53,117 nt of DNA from a virus. Lineage: Duplodnaviria; Caudoviricetes. The stretch is from IMG/VR virus record IMGVR_UViG_3300009705_000021, positions 1-53,117 of that record; one strand, written 5' to 3'. Below, piece by piece: positions 1-9,276 of the stretch. The translations under genes were made by a program, and so were the position numbers. The notes beneath the pieces were generated by a model. That model was not told where the DNA came from. It saw only the letters and a list, made by a program, of their open reading frames with translations, and did no database searches. Within the stretch, counting starts at the first letter, position 1; every line of letters starts with the position of its first letter.

Positions 1-546
1 ACAGGTCTTACGGGCGGTGCTACGACAGGTGATGCAACAGTAAATGTCATAGGTGGTACAGGGCTCACTGCTAATGCTGATGATATACAAATAACTGATG
101 GTGGTGTAGGAACTACACAATTGGCTAATGATTCGGTCACAGGAGACAAATTAGCGGATAATATAGATGTTGCCGGAACATTAGATGTAACAGGAGTGAC
201 TACCTTAGATAATGATTTAGTGGTCGCAGGTCAGGCTACACTTCGTGCCGGTGTAGGAATTAAAACAGCCGGATATGGACCCTCTATTGCTGAATCGGGA
301 ACAGTATTTCAAATAACTAATGCAGGTACAGTAGCGTTCACTTTACCCGAAAACCCAACAGTGGGTGTTCAGTATGTTGTGGTTAATGTCAATGGTAACG
401 ATATAGTTATTACTCCTACAAGTGGAGACAAAGTGAATGGTGGTACTGACTCAACATTAACAAATAATACGGCATACGCCGCAACATCATGTGTGTGTGC
501 GGTCGGTGGAGGAGTGGCTGAATGGCTCGTCTTTGGTGGTGTGTGA
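1..546 (+). CDS. Virion fibre/decoration protein, 5'-truncated
   Basis: Frame is open from base 1 (TGLTGGATTGDATVNVIGGTGL...). G/T/V-rich beta composition, a 'DSVTGDKLAD' fibre-like repeat and a C-terminal TLP...GVQYVVVN beta domain. Confidence 0.65.
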   Translation, partial: TGLTGGATTGDATVNVIGGTGLTANADDIQITDGGVGTTQLANDSVTGDKLADNIDVAGTLDVTGVTTLDNDLVVAGQATLRAGVGIKTAGYGPSIAESGTVFQITNAGTVAFTLPENPTVGVQYVVVNVNGNDIVITPTSGDKVNGGTDSTLTNNTAYAATSCVCAVGGGVAEWLVFGGV

Positions 547-936
547 TTGTTTCCTATTGTTAGTGGTGTTGCTCAAAATCAAGCGGGAGCGTCATTATCT
601 GTAGCCATTACCCAAAACAGTGGAGGAGTAATTTTGCCACAAATAAACAATCCTAATAATCCTAATGAAATTGATTGTAGTGTTGTTGCTTCGGGAGGCT
701 CGGGTGGTTATACTTATGCGTGGTCTATAATTCTAACAGATGATGCGGCCGGAGCAATCACTATCGCTAATATGGGAACAACCAATCAATCAACATATAC
801 TGACGGTCAAGTGACGGGTGGTACAATCTCCGGACCACCTCAAGGAGCAATTACAATAAGGTGTGTAACCGTAGATGGAGCCGGAGCGTCAGTAACAGTA
901 GAAACTAACCCAATTGTGGTCGAACTATTATATTGA
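547..936 (+). CDS. Putative virion protein with Ig/PKD-like beta fold
   Basis: ASGGSGGYTYAWS and CVTVDGAG motifs typical of Ig-like/PKD domains; directly follows the fibre gene. Confidence 0.55.
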   Translation: MFPIVSGVAQNQAGASLSVAITQNSGGVILPQINNPNNPNEIDCSVVASGGSGGYTYAWSIILTDDAAGAITIANMGTTNQSTYTDGQVTGGTISGPPQGAITIRCVTVDGAGASVTVETNPIVVELLY

Positions 937-1010
937 GACTTAGTGTATAAAGTTATAGGGTCTAAGCAAGGACTTGATATAGAGCAAGACAATTAGTGAG
1001 AGTGAGCGAT

Positions 1011-1391
1011 ATGGGTGGTAGCGGAGATACAAGGTCATTTAATGATAAGATGGTGTCAAGCACTGTCAAACCTGTGATATACTTATGGTTACTCGCCGCA
1101 GGTTCAGTAGTGGCTATGGGTATATGGAAACCCGATATTGTATTGATGAACCTTGATGGGTTTATTGCACTTTTAGCAATTATTAGTGGTGTGGCTGTCC
1201 CTGCTCTTAATACTATTCTCCGAATGTGGGAGTCCGAACAGGCTCAAGAGATTGAGACGATACCTGCTGACTTGTCCCATAACCGTGATAGAGAAACAGA
1301 AGAGCATATTCACAGAATGGTTGTTGAAAAACACGAAGCCGGTATTACTGCTATTAGACCTATAACTCAAAAAATGGGTGAGAAAGAATGA
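1011..1391 (+). CDS. Membrane protein with 2 predicted TM helices (holin-like candidate)
   Basis: Hydrophobic segments VIYLWLLAAGSVVAMGIW and FIALLAIISGVAVPAL, followed by a charged C-terminus; ATG at 1011. Confidence 0.55.
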   Translation: MGGSGDTRSFNDKMVSSTVKPVIYLWLLAAGSVVAMGIWKPDIVLMNLDGFIALLAIISGVAVPALNTILRMWESEQAQEIETIPADLSHNRDRETEEHIHRMVVEKHEAGITAIRPITQKMGEKE

Positions 1392-1534
1392 GTCAAAAGA
1401 AAAAGACTATGGTTTGCGAAGTAATAGCAGAAGGTTTAAGTGATACCATTTGCGGCCATAGAACGAACATATACAAGGATTGGTGTTTTGCTTGTCGAAT
1501 AACCGAGGCATCTCTATGGACTAAACCTTATTGA
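1388..1534 (+). CDS. Small Cys-rich protein (48 aa), not in ORF track
   Basis: MSQKKKTMVCEVIAEGLSDTICGHRTNIYKDWCFACRITEASLWTKPY; ATGA overlap with the upstream gene. Confidence 0.55.
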   Translation: MSQKKKTMVCEVIAEGLSDTICGHRTNIYKDWCFACRITEASLWTKPY

Positions 1535-1544
1535 GGTGAAAAAT

Positions 1545-1712
1545 ATGGATAAAGGAAAAATAATTTACAGACCACCCGAAAAATGCTATTCAAATTGTTG
1601 GATAGTGGAAACTGAACACGGCTTTAAGGTGTTCCGATACAAAGACGACAATAAGGCTATTGCATTCATCCCGCACAGTGCGGTTAAAACGGTGGAATAC
1701 AGGAGTGACTAA
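1545..1712 (+). CDS. Small hypothetical protein (55 aa), not in ORF track
   Basis: GAGGTGA RBS, then ATG at 1545: MDKGKIIYRPPEKCYSNCWIVETEHGFKVFRYKDDNKAIAFIPHSAVKTVEYRSD. Confidence 0.65.
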   Translation: MDKGKIIYRPPEKCYSNCWIVETEHGFKVFRYKDDNKAIAFIPHSAVKTVEYRSD

Positions 1713-1713
1713 A

Positions 1714-1995
1714 ATGGAATTAGAGATGATATTATTATATGCAACGATTGGAGCAGGTATTTGTTTAGCGGCATACAAACTTTACAAGAGACTTATGGCT
1801 GATGGTAAAATCACACTCGATGAAATAATAGATTTGGTTGAAGACTTAGGAGAAATTGCCAAGACTCTACCAACAGCAAGTGAACTCAAGAAAATGAAGA
1901 AGAGTGAATTGCTTGAATTATGTGAAGCAAACGGTCTTGATACCAAAGGTGTTAAGGCTGATTTAAGGGCTCGCTTACAAGAAATCAAGGAGTGA
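1714..1995 (+). CDS. Membrane-anchored SAP-domain protein
   Basis: GGAGTGA RBS; N-terminal TM (ILLYATIGAGICLAAY); C-terminal LKKMKKSELLELCEANGLDTKGVKADLRARL fits the SAP consensus. Confidence 0.7.
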   Translation: MELEMILLYATIGAGICLAAYKLYKRLMADGKITLDEIIDLVEDLGEIAKTLPTASELKKMKKSELLELCEANGLDTKGVKADLRARLQEIKE

Positions 1996-2000
1996 TTGAG

Positions 2001-2528
2001 ATGTATTGCAGTGTTAGTGATGTCGGTGTCCGTCTCGGGCTTAACTCTTCACAGAGACAACAAGCAAACACTCGTATTCAATCCCAAATCCGCAGGGCTT
2101 CAATTGAAATTGACCAAGAGTTCAATTACTACGGTCGAACAACCCCTTCATCCTCTATTGCTGATAGCACACTAAATGGTGGTGTCACAGCAGGGGCAAC
2201 AAGTATCACTGTCACTAATGGTGCGACCTTTGCCACAGCAGGTAAAGGGAACATTGATGGAGACTCTATCCAATGGACCGGAAAATCCACTCATGTATTG
2301 AGCGGTGTAACCGGAGTTTCTTATGACCACTTAACAGGAGTTACCGTACAAGAAGGTGAGATGGCTCACATACTGCGTGAAATATGTGCTGACTTAGCGG
2401 CCGCATTATATCTCGAAGACGAATCCACTTTTCAAAGAACAGAAGGAGAAGGCTTGCGTGCCAATGTGTTAAGAGAAAGAGCAATTGAATACCTTCGACG
2501 TCTCGCACACTTAGGCTCGGTGATTTGA
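2001..2528 (+). CDS. Head-tail adaptor (Mu gp36/SPP1 gp15-like) with inserted beta domain
   Basis: N-terminal MYCSVSDV...IRRASIEID and C-terminal LREICADLAAALY...RAIEYLRRLA helices; first gene of the neck module. Confidence 0.7.
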   Translation: MYCSVSDVGVRLGLNSSQRQQANTRIQSQIRRASIEIDQEFNYYGRTTPSSSIADSTLNGGVTAGATSITVTNGATFATAGKGNIDGDSIQWTGKSTHVLSGVTGVSYDHLTGVTVQEGEMAHILREICADLAAALYLEDESTFQRTEGEGLRANVLRERAIEYLRRLAHLGSVI

Positions 2529-2529
2529 A

Positions 2530-3141
2530 ATGAGTACAGGTGGCGTGTCAATTAAGACAGGCAAAAGCGGTTGGGGTCATGGAACACAATGGTCGCTTAG
2601 GGCTGACTATCGAGAACTTGAACAATACCTTGCTCGTCTTCAAAGACAAATGCCTCGAGTTTTAGGAGACACATTAAAAGAACTCGCAGAAGAAAATATC
2701 GAGATACAGAAGCAACGGTTGAAAGGTATTGGAGATAAGCGTGGACCTTCAAAGGGTTTTCACACGAGCAGAAATGGTACACGAGAAGTGTATTATGAAT
2801 GGGTCAGCAAACAAAAGGCTGAGACTAAAATTGCTAATTCCCTTAAAGCAAACTTCACAGGAAATAAAACAAGTGGTCAACAAAGAATAAGTGTATTTTC
2901 TAATCCATACCCACAAGGTGTGCTCGGTAGTCGTGGTGGTAAAATAGCCCAATACTACGAGGATGGTACAGGAAAGTTTTTCACCGGTCGAAACAGACAC
3001 GGTAAAGGTGGGTTCACCCATCAAGGATTCCCTGCGCTCAAATATATGCAAGGTATAGGTATGGGTATATCGAGCGGATTTATTGAAAGGTTTTCTTTGA
3101 AAGCCGAAACTCAATTGCGACCCGGAGGAAGAGGTGCTTAA
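2530..3141 (+). CDS. Neck/tail completion protein (HK97 gp10-like)
   Basis: Basic protein with YYEDGT...HQGFPALKYM (E.GT...HPG...+) pattern; position between adaptor and terminator. Confidence 0.6.
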   Translation: MSTGGVSIKTGKSGWGHGTQWSLRADYRELEQYLARLQRQMPRVLGDTLKELAEENIEIQKQRLKGIGDKRGPSKGFHTSRNGTREVYYEWVSKQKAETKIANSLKANFTGNKTSGQQRISVFSNPYPQGVLGSRGGKIAQYYEDGTGKFFTGRNRHGKGGFTHQGFPALKYMQGIGMGISSGFIERFSLKAETQLRPGGRGA

Positions 3142-3142
3142 T

Positions 3143-4216
3143 ATGGCAGTAGCAACAAAGGGGCAATTTTGGACTTCACGAGTAAATGGTGAAGACCCCG
3201 AAAGCCCAATACAACCTCACCATAACCTTGAGTTTGATAAGACAGGCACAGGTGGAGCAATAGATGGTACATATTGGAAAATAACAGGTTCACAGTATTA
3301 CTCGGTCACACCCACTACAACGGACTATACTCTTCTTGTTGGTGTCTATTATTCCGATACCACAAACATACCGACAGACGGCACTACTCTAATGCGACTC
3401 GATAACGGCACTAAGTCTGTTGAAGTGCAATCCAACGGCACAGCGACAGGGCTGAAATTGGTTGGGGCAACAACAGTTACTATTCTTAATCTCGATTTGA
3501 CTATGGTTGAGGAAATACCATATATCTCTATACTTCGCCTTACATTGACTTCGGCGGGAGCCGCCGTACTCTATGTGCATGAATCTCTTCACGATGAAAT
3601 GGGCGAAGACCTTTTCTATTCTGTAACAGGGGCAAGCGGTTCATCTAAAATAATTAAATGGGGTAGTGATGATGGAACAACAAGGTGGGGTTCAACCTAT
3701 GCAACAACACATGGAGCATTCAGCCCCGATGAATTGGCTCAATCAGCATTCTATCAACAAACATTAAATGACCTTGGTATGGCACTAAGAAACCTATTGC
3801 GTGACAGCAGAAGGCTCAATCTAAAATCCCTTGACGATTCAAAAATAATGTATGGGTTTGACCTTTCATCAGCAATGATTGTTCGTGTTGCACCCCCAAC
3901 AATCCACATATTAGTCGCTGGAATTGAATCTCCAAATTGGGCGGCATTGTCGGGAACAAGTGTTGAACAAGAGTATGATGTGCAGTTTTTCATTACAACC
4001 AAAGGTACGGATTATGAAAACGCTTATCGTTTTGGTCTTCGTATTATGGGAGAAGTATTTGATGAAGTCTATACAAGCACAGGTTTGAATGCTACGACCG
4101 ACAGTGTTATAGGTTATGGTGCATCGTTTGATAGTAAACTCGATTCGGATGAGCAAATATGCGTTCATCGTTTAACATTTAAGTATATGCGTCGTGAGAA
4201 AATGCTCATGAGGTGA
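3143..4216 (+). CDS. Tail terminator-like protein with N-terminal beta-sandwich extension
   Basis: The C-terminal ~150 aa resemble tail terminators (PTIHILV...YDVQFFI...HRLTFKY); directly precedes the tail tube gene. Confidence 0.55.
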   Translation: MAVATKGQFWTSRVNGEDPESPIQPHHNLEFDKTGTGGAIDGTYWKITGSQYYSVTPTTTDYTLLVGVYYSDTTNIPTDGTTLMRLDNGTKSVEVQSNGTATGLKLVGATTVTILNLDLTMVEEIPYISILRLTLTSAGAAVLYVHESLHDEMGEDLFYSVTGASGSSKIIKWGSDDGTTRWGSTYATTHGAFSPDELAQSAFYQQTLNDLGMALRNLLRDSRRLNLKSLDDSKIMYGFDLSSAMIVRVAPPTIHILVAGIESPNWAALSGTSVEQEYDVQFFITTKGTDYENAYRFGLRIMGEVFDEVYTSTGLNATTDSVIGYGASFDSKLDSDEQICVHRLTFKYMRREKMLMR

Positions 4217-4265
4217 TGCCTTCATATAGGCTAAGGCTCATGGTTTGAACACTGAGGAATCTATT

Positions 4266-5306
4266 ATGTCTAACCTCGCCGCACGCTATGTTGCATTAAT
4301 CCAAGAAACTAATTATGGAGTCACAGGTGGTGGCTCTTATATTTATGGTGAAATTGATGAAGAAGGCTTTTCTCCAGAGTTTGAATTGATGAATCGTACC
4401 GATGTTACTCGATACGGAACAAGAAAGGTCGTAAAGGGAACAAATATGAGCAGTGGTGAAATCACTCTTGCCCTATCCGGAGATGTATTCTGTGGAAAAC
4501 TCCTTTACAACATCTACGGTAACAAAGCAAAAAGCGGCTCAGGCTCAGCATTCGTTCACACATTAACAGAATCCCAAACAACAAGTGCATTCCGGTCATT
4601 CACCGTATGTGCTGGTCGTGATAAAAGAGAACACCGATTCCTCGGCCAAGTGGTTGATGAATTGTCTCTATCAGCAAACATCAATGAATATGTTATGCTA
4701 AGTGCTTCTTTAACAGGAGCAGGCGAAGACGCAACCGGAACAACCGGACCTACGAGCAAAGGATTTGCACTTGCCGCACCTTCCTCATCTGCTCTTCATC
4801 CTAATGACGCATTTCACTTTAAGAATGCAAAGGTGAACTTTAATTCATCACTAAGTGGAACTAATTATTCGGAGTTTGTAAAATCTGTTGAAATCTCCTT
4901 TTCCATGAATCGTGATACTGACAATTCCTATTCATTAGCATCAGCAACCTGCACACGAGCACCTCCCGAAACCATGCGTGAAATCAGTGGTACTATCGAG
5001 TTTAATCGTGTAATGACAAAGACTGATGTTGCAGACCAAGAACCATTTTACAACGACCTTCTTGACGGTCTTTTGGTTGATGGAACTTCCGCCGCACCTG
5101 CATTACAATTCACATTCGGTAGCGACACAGCAGGAGAAGAATTATCAATAAGTCTCTTTAAGGTGCAATACGAAGCACCCGAGTCTTCTATGAGTGGTAG
5201 AGATACACAGACTATGACAATGAAGTTTTATGCTTTGTTTGACGAGACAGAAGGCGCAATGTCTACTGCTGTATTCAAGAACACATTAACCACTGAACTT
5301 AACTGA
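4266..5306 (+). CDS. Major tail tube protein
   Basis: N-terminal IQETNYG; RSFTV...GQVVDELSLSA; REISGTIEF; QTMTMKFYAL, all typical of siphovirus tail tubes; synteny. Confidence 0.8.
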   Translation: MSNLAARYVALIQETNYGVTGGGSYIYGEIDEEGFSPEFELMNRTDVTRYGTRKVVKGTNMSSGEITLALSGDVFCGKLLYNIYGNKAKSGSGSAFVHTLTESQTTSAFRSFTVCAGRDKREHRFLGQVVDELSLSANINEYVMLSASLTGAGEDATGTTGPTSKGFALAAPSSSALHPNDAFHFKNAKVNFNSSLSGTNYSEFVKSVEISFSMNRDTDNSYSLASATCTRAPPETMREISGTIEFNRVMTKTDVADQEPFYNDLLDGLLVDGTSAAPALQFTFGSDTAGEELSISLFKVQYEAPESSMSGRDTQTMTMKFYALFDETEGAMSTAVFKNTLTTELN

Positions 5307-5315
5307 GGTGAGAAA

Positions 5316-5564
5316 ATGCAAGATGATAAACATAATAAGAAGAATCCTTCTATTCGTGGAGCATCCCGTAAATCCGAAATGGATTTGAAGCAAAAACTAC
5401 ATCAGTTATCGGGCGGTCGACCTGCAAGGTTGAAACAATTACTTTTGAAAGAAGCAGAGGCAGAAGCCGAAGAACTCGAATTACTTAGATTAAAGGTCGA
5501 AGCAGAGGCTAAAGCCAAAGCAAAACCTACAAAGAAGGCGAAAGTCTCTAAGAAAAAGGAGTGA
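5316..5564 (+). CDS. Small basic hypothetical protein
   Basis: GAGGTGA RBS; K/A-rich C-terminus. Confidence 0.6.
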   Translation: MQDDKHNKKNPSIRGASRKSEMDLKQKLHQLSGGRPARLKQLLLKEAEAEAEELELLRLKVEAEAKAKAKPTKKAKVSKKKE

Positions 5565-5569
5565 GATGA

Positions 5570-5746
5570 ATGCCATCCACAGCCCATGTTTCCGGTACAG
5601 GTGCATCTCAAGCGGCGGCTATGACAGCCCTCGCAACAGCCCTCGGAGCAACAACCGATGGAGGAGCAACGACTATATCAAGCCCCCTCTGCACACCTAA
5701 TAGTGTCGGGATTTGGACTTGTAGTATTTTGGTATTCGCACAATGA
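5570..5746 (+). CDS. Small A/T/G-rich protein (58 aa), not in ORF track
   Basis: GGAGTGA RBS; MPSTAHVSGTGASQAAAMTALATALGATTDGG...CSILVFAQ. Confidence 0.5.
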   Translation: MPSTAHVSGTGASQAAAMTALATALGATTDGGATTISSPLCTPNSVGIWTCSILVFAQ

Positions 5747-5773
5747 GTATAGTATAGTAGTATAGAAATAGAG

Positions 5774-6145
5774 ATGAGAAGAATGCCAATAAGAAAAAAA
5801 TTATTTGATTTAGAAGACGGCACGAAAGTTTGGGTTCGCCAAGCATCGGGTTTAGAGAAACTGAAAATTGAAGGAATCCATGCAACAGCCATGCGTAAAT
5901 GTCGTCACTTTGGTACAGACATGACCGCTTGGACCGTTGAACAAGAAGATGAGTTTTGGGAGAAAATTGAAGAATTAGGAGGCGGTATGACCGCTCAAAT
6001 GGAACATCTAATCCCTATCTGTCTTATGGAGATGGAGGATGGTTCAGCATCCGACATTAATATGTTGAAATCCGAAGAGATTATTCCCATGTTATCATTT
6101 ATACGGGGAGACGGAGATGATTCATCAGTCCCTTTGGTCATATGA
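5774..6145 (+). CDS. Tail assembly chaperone (lambda gpG equivalent)
   Basis: Lies between the tail tube and tape measure genes and ends over an in-frame slippery heptamer. Confidence 0.75.
   Translation: MRRMPIRKKLFDLEDGTKVWVRQASGLEKLKIEGIHATAMRKCRHFGTDMTAWTVEQEDEFWEKIEELGGGMTAQMEHLIPICLMEMEDGSASDINMLKSEEIIPMLSFIRGDGDDSSVPLVI
6130..6136 (+). other. Programmed -1 ribosomal frameshift site (C CCT TTG)
   Basis: X-XXY-YYZ heptamer in the reading frame of 5774..6145. The -1 frame reads CCC TTT GGT CAT ATG straight into ORF 6142..6399. Confidence 0.75.
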
Positions 6146-6399
6146 GCGTAGCCCTCGCAAGTGTTTGTGCTACGTTCAAAGGCGTTCCTCCCCATGTATT
6201 TGCAGAAGCGTGGGGCGACCCCGAAAATGGTTATGCTCGTTTTATGATTGATTTAGCGACTATGGGTGAGATTGTTGAGCAAATTAATGATAATGTTGCT
6301 AAGCAAGGCAAGGGTAATAAGAGCGGCGGCAACATGAAAGGCAGAGCGAAAGGGGCTGTAGCCCGTAGGAATCAAAGAAGAAATCAAATGGGGGAATAA
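6142..6399 (+). CDS. Tail assembly chaperone frameshift extension (gpT equivalent)
   Basis: In the -1 frame relative to the upstream ORF; immediately before the tape measure gene. Confidence 0.7.
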   Translation: MSVALASVCATFKGVPPHVFAEAWGDPENGYARFMIDLATMGEIVEQINDNVAKQGKGNKSGGNMKGRAKGAVARRNQRRNQMGE

Positions 6400-6401
6400 A
6401 C

Positions 6402-9242
6402 ATGGCAAAGATGGGCGGCGCACGAGTATTCTTTACCGTGCTTGCTAATGCACAGGTTGATAATTTAATCTCCGACATTCGTGGTGCTAATGCCATCATG
6501 GAATCCGTTTTCCTCGATTCAATAGAAGGTATCACCGAAGGTATGGATGAGATGTTTCAAGCATGGACCGCATGGTCTGATGCTATGGTCGATTCAGCAA
6601 TGGAAGTAGAGATGGCTAAAATATCATTCGAGAAGTTTTTTGATGCCGGAATAGAACAAGCAAAGGAACTCGAAGAACAACTCATTGCTACTGGGTTAGC
6701 ATTCGGTTCAACCGCCGAAGCCTCTATTCGAGCAGGCGCACAAATGATGCAAATTGAAGCAGGTGTTCTCGGTGGAAAAGAGCCTGCTGTTGCGGCAACA
6801 AAGGGTGCAATGTTAATGGGTGCGGTCGGTATGATGGACACGGATGCGGCTATGAAGAGCATAATGCAACTCCAAATGCAAACCAATTTCATGTACACAG
6901 GTGCTGAGAATATGGCACTTTCAGCCGCAAGTGCAGAGACTAAGCGTGCTGTTGTTCTTGGTAATACTGTTAGACTTGTTGATATGCTCAACGAAGCAGA
7001 AAACAGAACAGGTGCAACAATCCAAACAATCACATTCTCTATGAATCAATTCGCCGCATCTGCTAAATTAGCGAACATGTCAATTGAAGAACAAATATCT
7101 CTTTCAGCCGCTTTGATTGAAAAGGGAGAAGAACAAGGAAAGGCTGGTCGTGCTATCAAAATGATGCTTGCTCGTCTTGCGTCTAATCGGTCTAACAACA
7201 ATGACTTATTGAAAGAGCATGGTGTATTGGTTGTCAGTGCAACGGGCGAGATGAAAGGTTTGACTGAAATAATGGCGGATTTGAAAAACAAGACTGATGC
7301 ACAAGGTCGGAGTTGGGATTATCTTACTGCTGTTGAGAAGCAAAACATAGCAATCGCTGTTGCTGGTTCACACCACTATGTGAGATTTTTGAAGTTAATG
7401 GATGGATATAATCGTGTGATTGACATTCAAGAAACTTTAAGTAGGTCAGCAGGGTCGGCTATGAAAGAATACAGCACTTTCCTTAAATCGGCCGCATTCG
7501 AGTTGAAGGTATATACCAATGCTCTTGAAGCAGAGGCCGCAGTGACCGGTAATTTACTTATCCCTTCTAAGGTTCAAGCAATGAAGGCTGAATTAATGTT
7601 TGCAGAGGCACGCAACAAAGTTCTCGGTACAACAATGGGTGCAAGGGGCTCGATGTGGGCTGAAATGGCAAATGTTGGATTTCAACACGCTAAGGGTATT
7701 ATGCAAGCAATTTTCATGTATCGAGTATTTAAGGTCGCTATGCAGACTTTTGCTATCGTTCAAGGACAGGTTGCTCAAAGAACAAATATCACTACTAAGG
7801 CTCGAATGGATGCAATCAATGCTGAGAAGATGGGAACAGCAGTTAGAAGAGAAGCATTCGCTTTGCATATGCAGGGTCTAAAGCCTGCTCAAGTTCAAGC
7901 ACAAATGGGTTATTCACAAATCCAAATTGACCACGCTATAAATGAAGGTATGGTAGCAAAGGCTAAACTTATTTCTCATAATCATATTAGTATGGCAAAG
8001 GCTCAAACTAATGAAGTAAAGGGAGATAAAAACCTTACTGCGGCTAAGATGAAAATAATCCGTGCCGGATATATATTGGGTGCTCAAAATCAGCACGACT
8101 TAGAACAGCAAATAGCAATTCGTAAAGTGAAGATGTTAAAAACACAAGAGGAATTACTCTTCTTTGATGTTACCTCTAAAATGAGTGGCACTAAGACTTT
8201 GATGGAGAGACAAGAGTTGAATATCAAAGGTGCTCTATTAAGAGCGACTGTTGCCCTCAATGGTACTGAGATAGCCGGTATGGAAAATAAAATAGCACTT
8301 AGTAATGCTATGAACAATATAGCCGCAGGCGGTCTTTCCTATAAGAAACAAGAGATGTTTATCAATACTATTTCAGCGGAGAATGATGCAACACAAGCAC
8401 AAATAAAACTCTTACTTGCTGATGCAAAGGTAGTAAATATCAAATTAGACCAAACTGCTATCGCTACCGGTTTAGCAAATATAAAATTGAGTGGTGGTAT
8501 AGCAGTGGCTAATCTCAACCAAGCGAAAACAAGTGCTATCGTGAACCATGAAAATAAGAAAAGGATTCTCACAGGTGGTGTGATGACAAGTTCTCTAATG
8601 CTGAGTTCAATGGTTCTTATGATGTTCACCGATAACGAAGTGGCGGCTACAGCGGCTATGTATTTAATGTCAGCATCTATGATTCCCATGACCCTTTCTA
8701 TGCTTGGTTATGGAGCGGCGGCTGATAAGGCCGCATTATCCACAACCATTGCTACACTTGGGTTTGCCGCAGTCGCAGGTGTGGCCGCATATATGCTCGC
8801 CAGAGCAACAGCCGGAACATCTAAGTTCGCAAAGGAGCAAGAAAAAATGCAAAAGGAAATGGAGGATTCGCAGCAAGAAATGGAGTTAATGAGTGATGAA
8901 ATGGAGAAATATGCAAATGACTCGGACATGGCAATCCAAGCCTTAACTGACAATACGGTCGACAATTTAGAAACTATGGGCGACGCTATGAACAGTTTTG
9001 ATAATAAGCGTCAAGAGATTTTCTATGGTGGGCGAGCAGGGCGTATGGATTCGGCCTTATTCCGTGAGATTAGATTGAACGGTGTTGAAAAATTATATTT
9101 TGCACCCGAAGTCTCTATGACAAATAATTTCAATGGTCTTACATATGATAAGGCGACTGAATTAATTGCAGAGAAGGTGCTCGGGAAACTTGAGCTCTTG
9201 GTCACAGGCAACAGTATGGATATTCAAAACTCCAGCGTATAA
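6402..9242 (+). CDS. Tail tape measure protein
   Basis: 946 aa, A/M/Q-rich and helical; TP901-type core (GKAGRAIKMMLARL...GEMKGLTEIMADL); late hydrophobic segments. Confidence 0.9.
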   Translation: MAKMGGARVFFTVLANAQVDNLISDIRGANAIMESVFLDSIEGITEGMDEMFQAWTAWSDAMVDSAMEVEMAKISFEKFFDAGIEQAKELEEQLIATGLAFGSTAEASIRAGAQMMQIEAGVLGGKEPAVAATKGAMLMGAVGMMDTDAAMKSIMQLQMQTNFMYTGAENMALSAASAETKRAVVLGNTVRLVDMLNEAENRTGATIQTITFSMNQFAASAKLANMSIEEQISLSAALIEKGEEQGKAGRAIKMMLARLASNRSNNNDLLKEHGVLVVSATGEMKGLTEIMADLKNKTDAQGRSWDYLTAVEKQNIAIAVAGSHHYVRFLKLMDGYNRVIDIQETLSRSAGSAMKEYSTFLKSAAFELKVYTNALEAEAAVTGNLLIPSKVQAMKAELMFAEARNKVLGTTMGARGSMWAEMANVGFQHAKGIMQAIFMYRVFKVAMQTFAIVQGQVAQRTNITTKARMDAINAEKMGTAVRREAFALHMQGLKPAQVQAQMGYSQIQIDHAINEGMVAKAKLISHNHISMAKAQTNEVKGDKNLTAAKMKIIRAGYILGAQNQHDLEQQIAIRKVKMLKTQEELLFFDVTSKMSGTKTLMERQELNIKGALLRATVALNGTEIAGMENKIALSNAMNNIAAGGLSYKKQEMFINTISAENDATQAQIKLLLADAKVVNIKLDQTAIATGLANIKLSGGIAVANLNQAKTSAIVNHENKKRILTGGVMTSSLMLSSMVLMMFTDNEVAATAAMYLMSASMIPMTLSMLGYGAAADKAALSTTIATLGFAAVAGVAAYMLARATAGTSKFAKEQEKMQKEMEDSQQEMELMSDEMEKYANDSDMAIQALTDNTVDNLETMGDAMNSFDNKRQEIFYGGRAGRMDSALFREIRLNGVEKLYFAPEVSMTNNFNGLTYDKATELIAEKVLGKLELLVTGNSMDIQNSSV

Positions 9243-9276
9243 GTATAGAAGAGAAAGAGAAAGAGAGGCGAGAAAC

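Noticed and set aside
9244-9258. 15-bp match TATAGAAGAGAAAGA with 52670-52684 (reverse strand)
   Set aside because: It is a low-complexity purine tract in unrelated contexts and is probably chance.
9166-9276. Upstream extension of the giant ORF from TTG 9166
   Set aside because: It overlaps the tape measure gene and crosses a purine-rich spacer. ATG 9277 after GAGG is the more plausible start.
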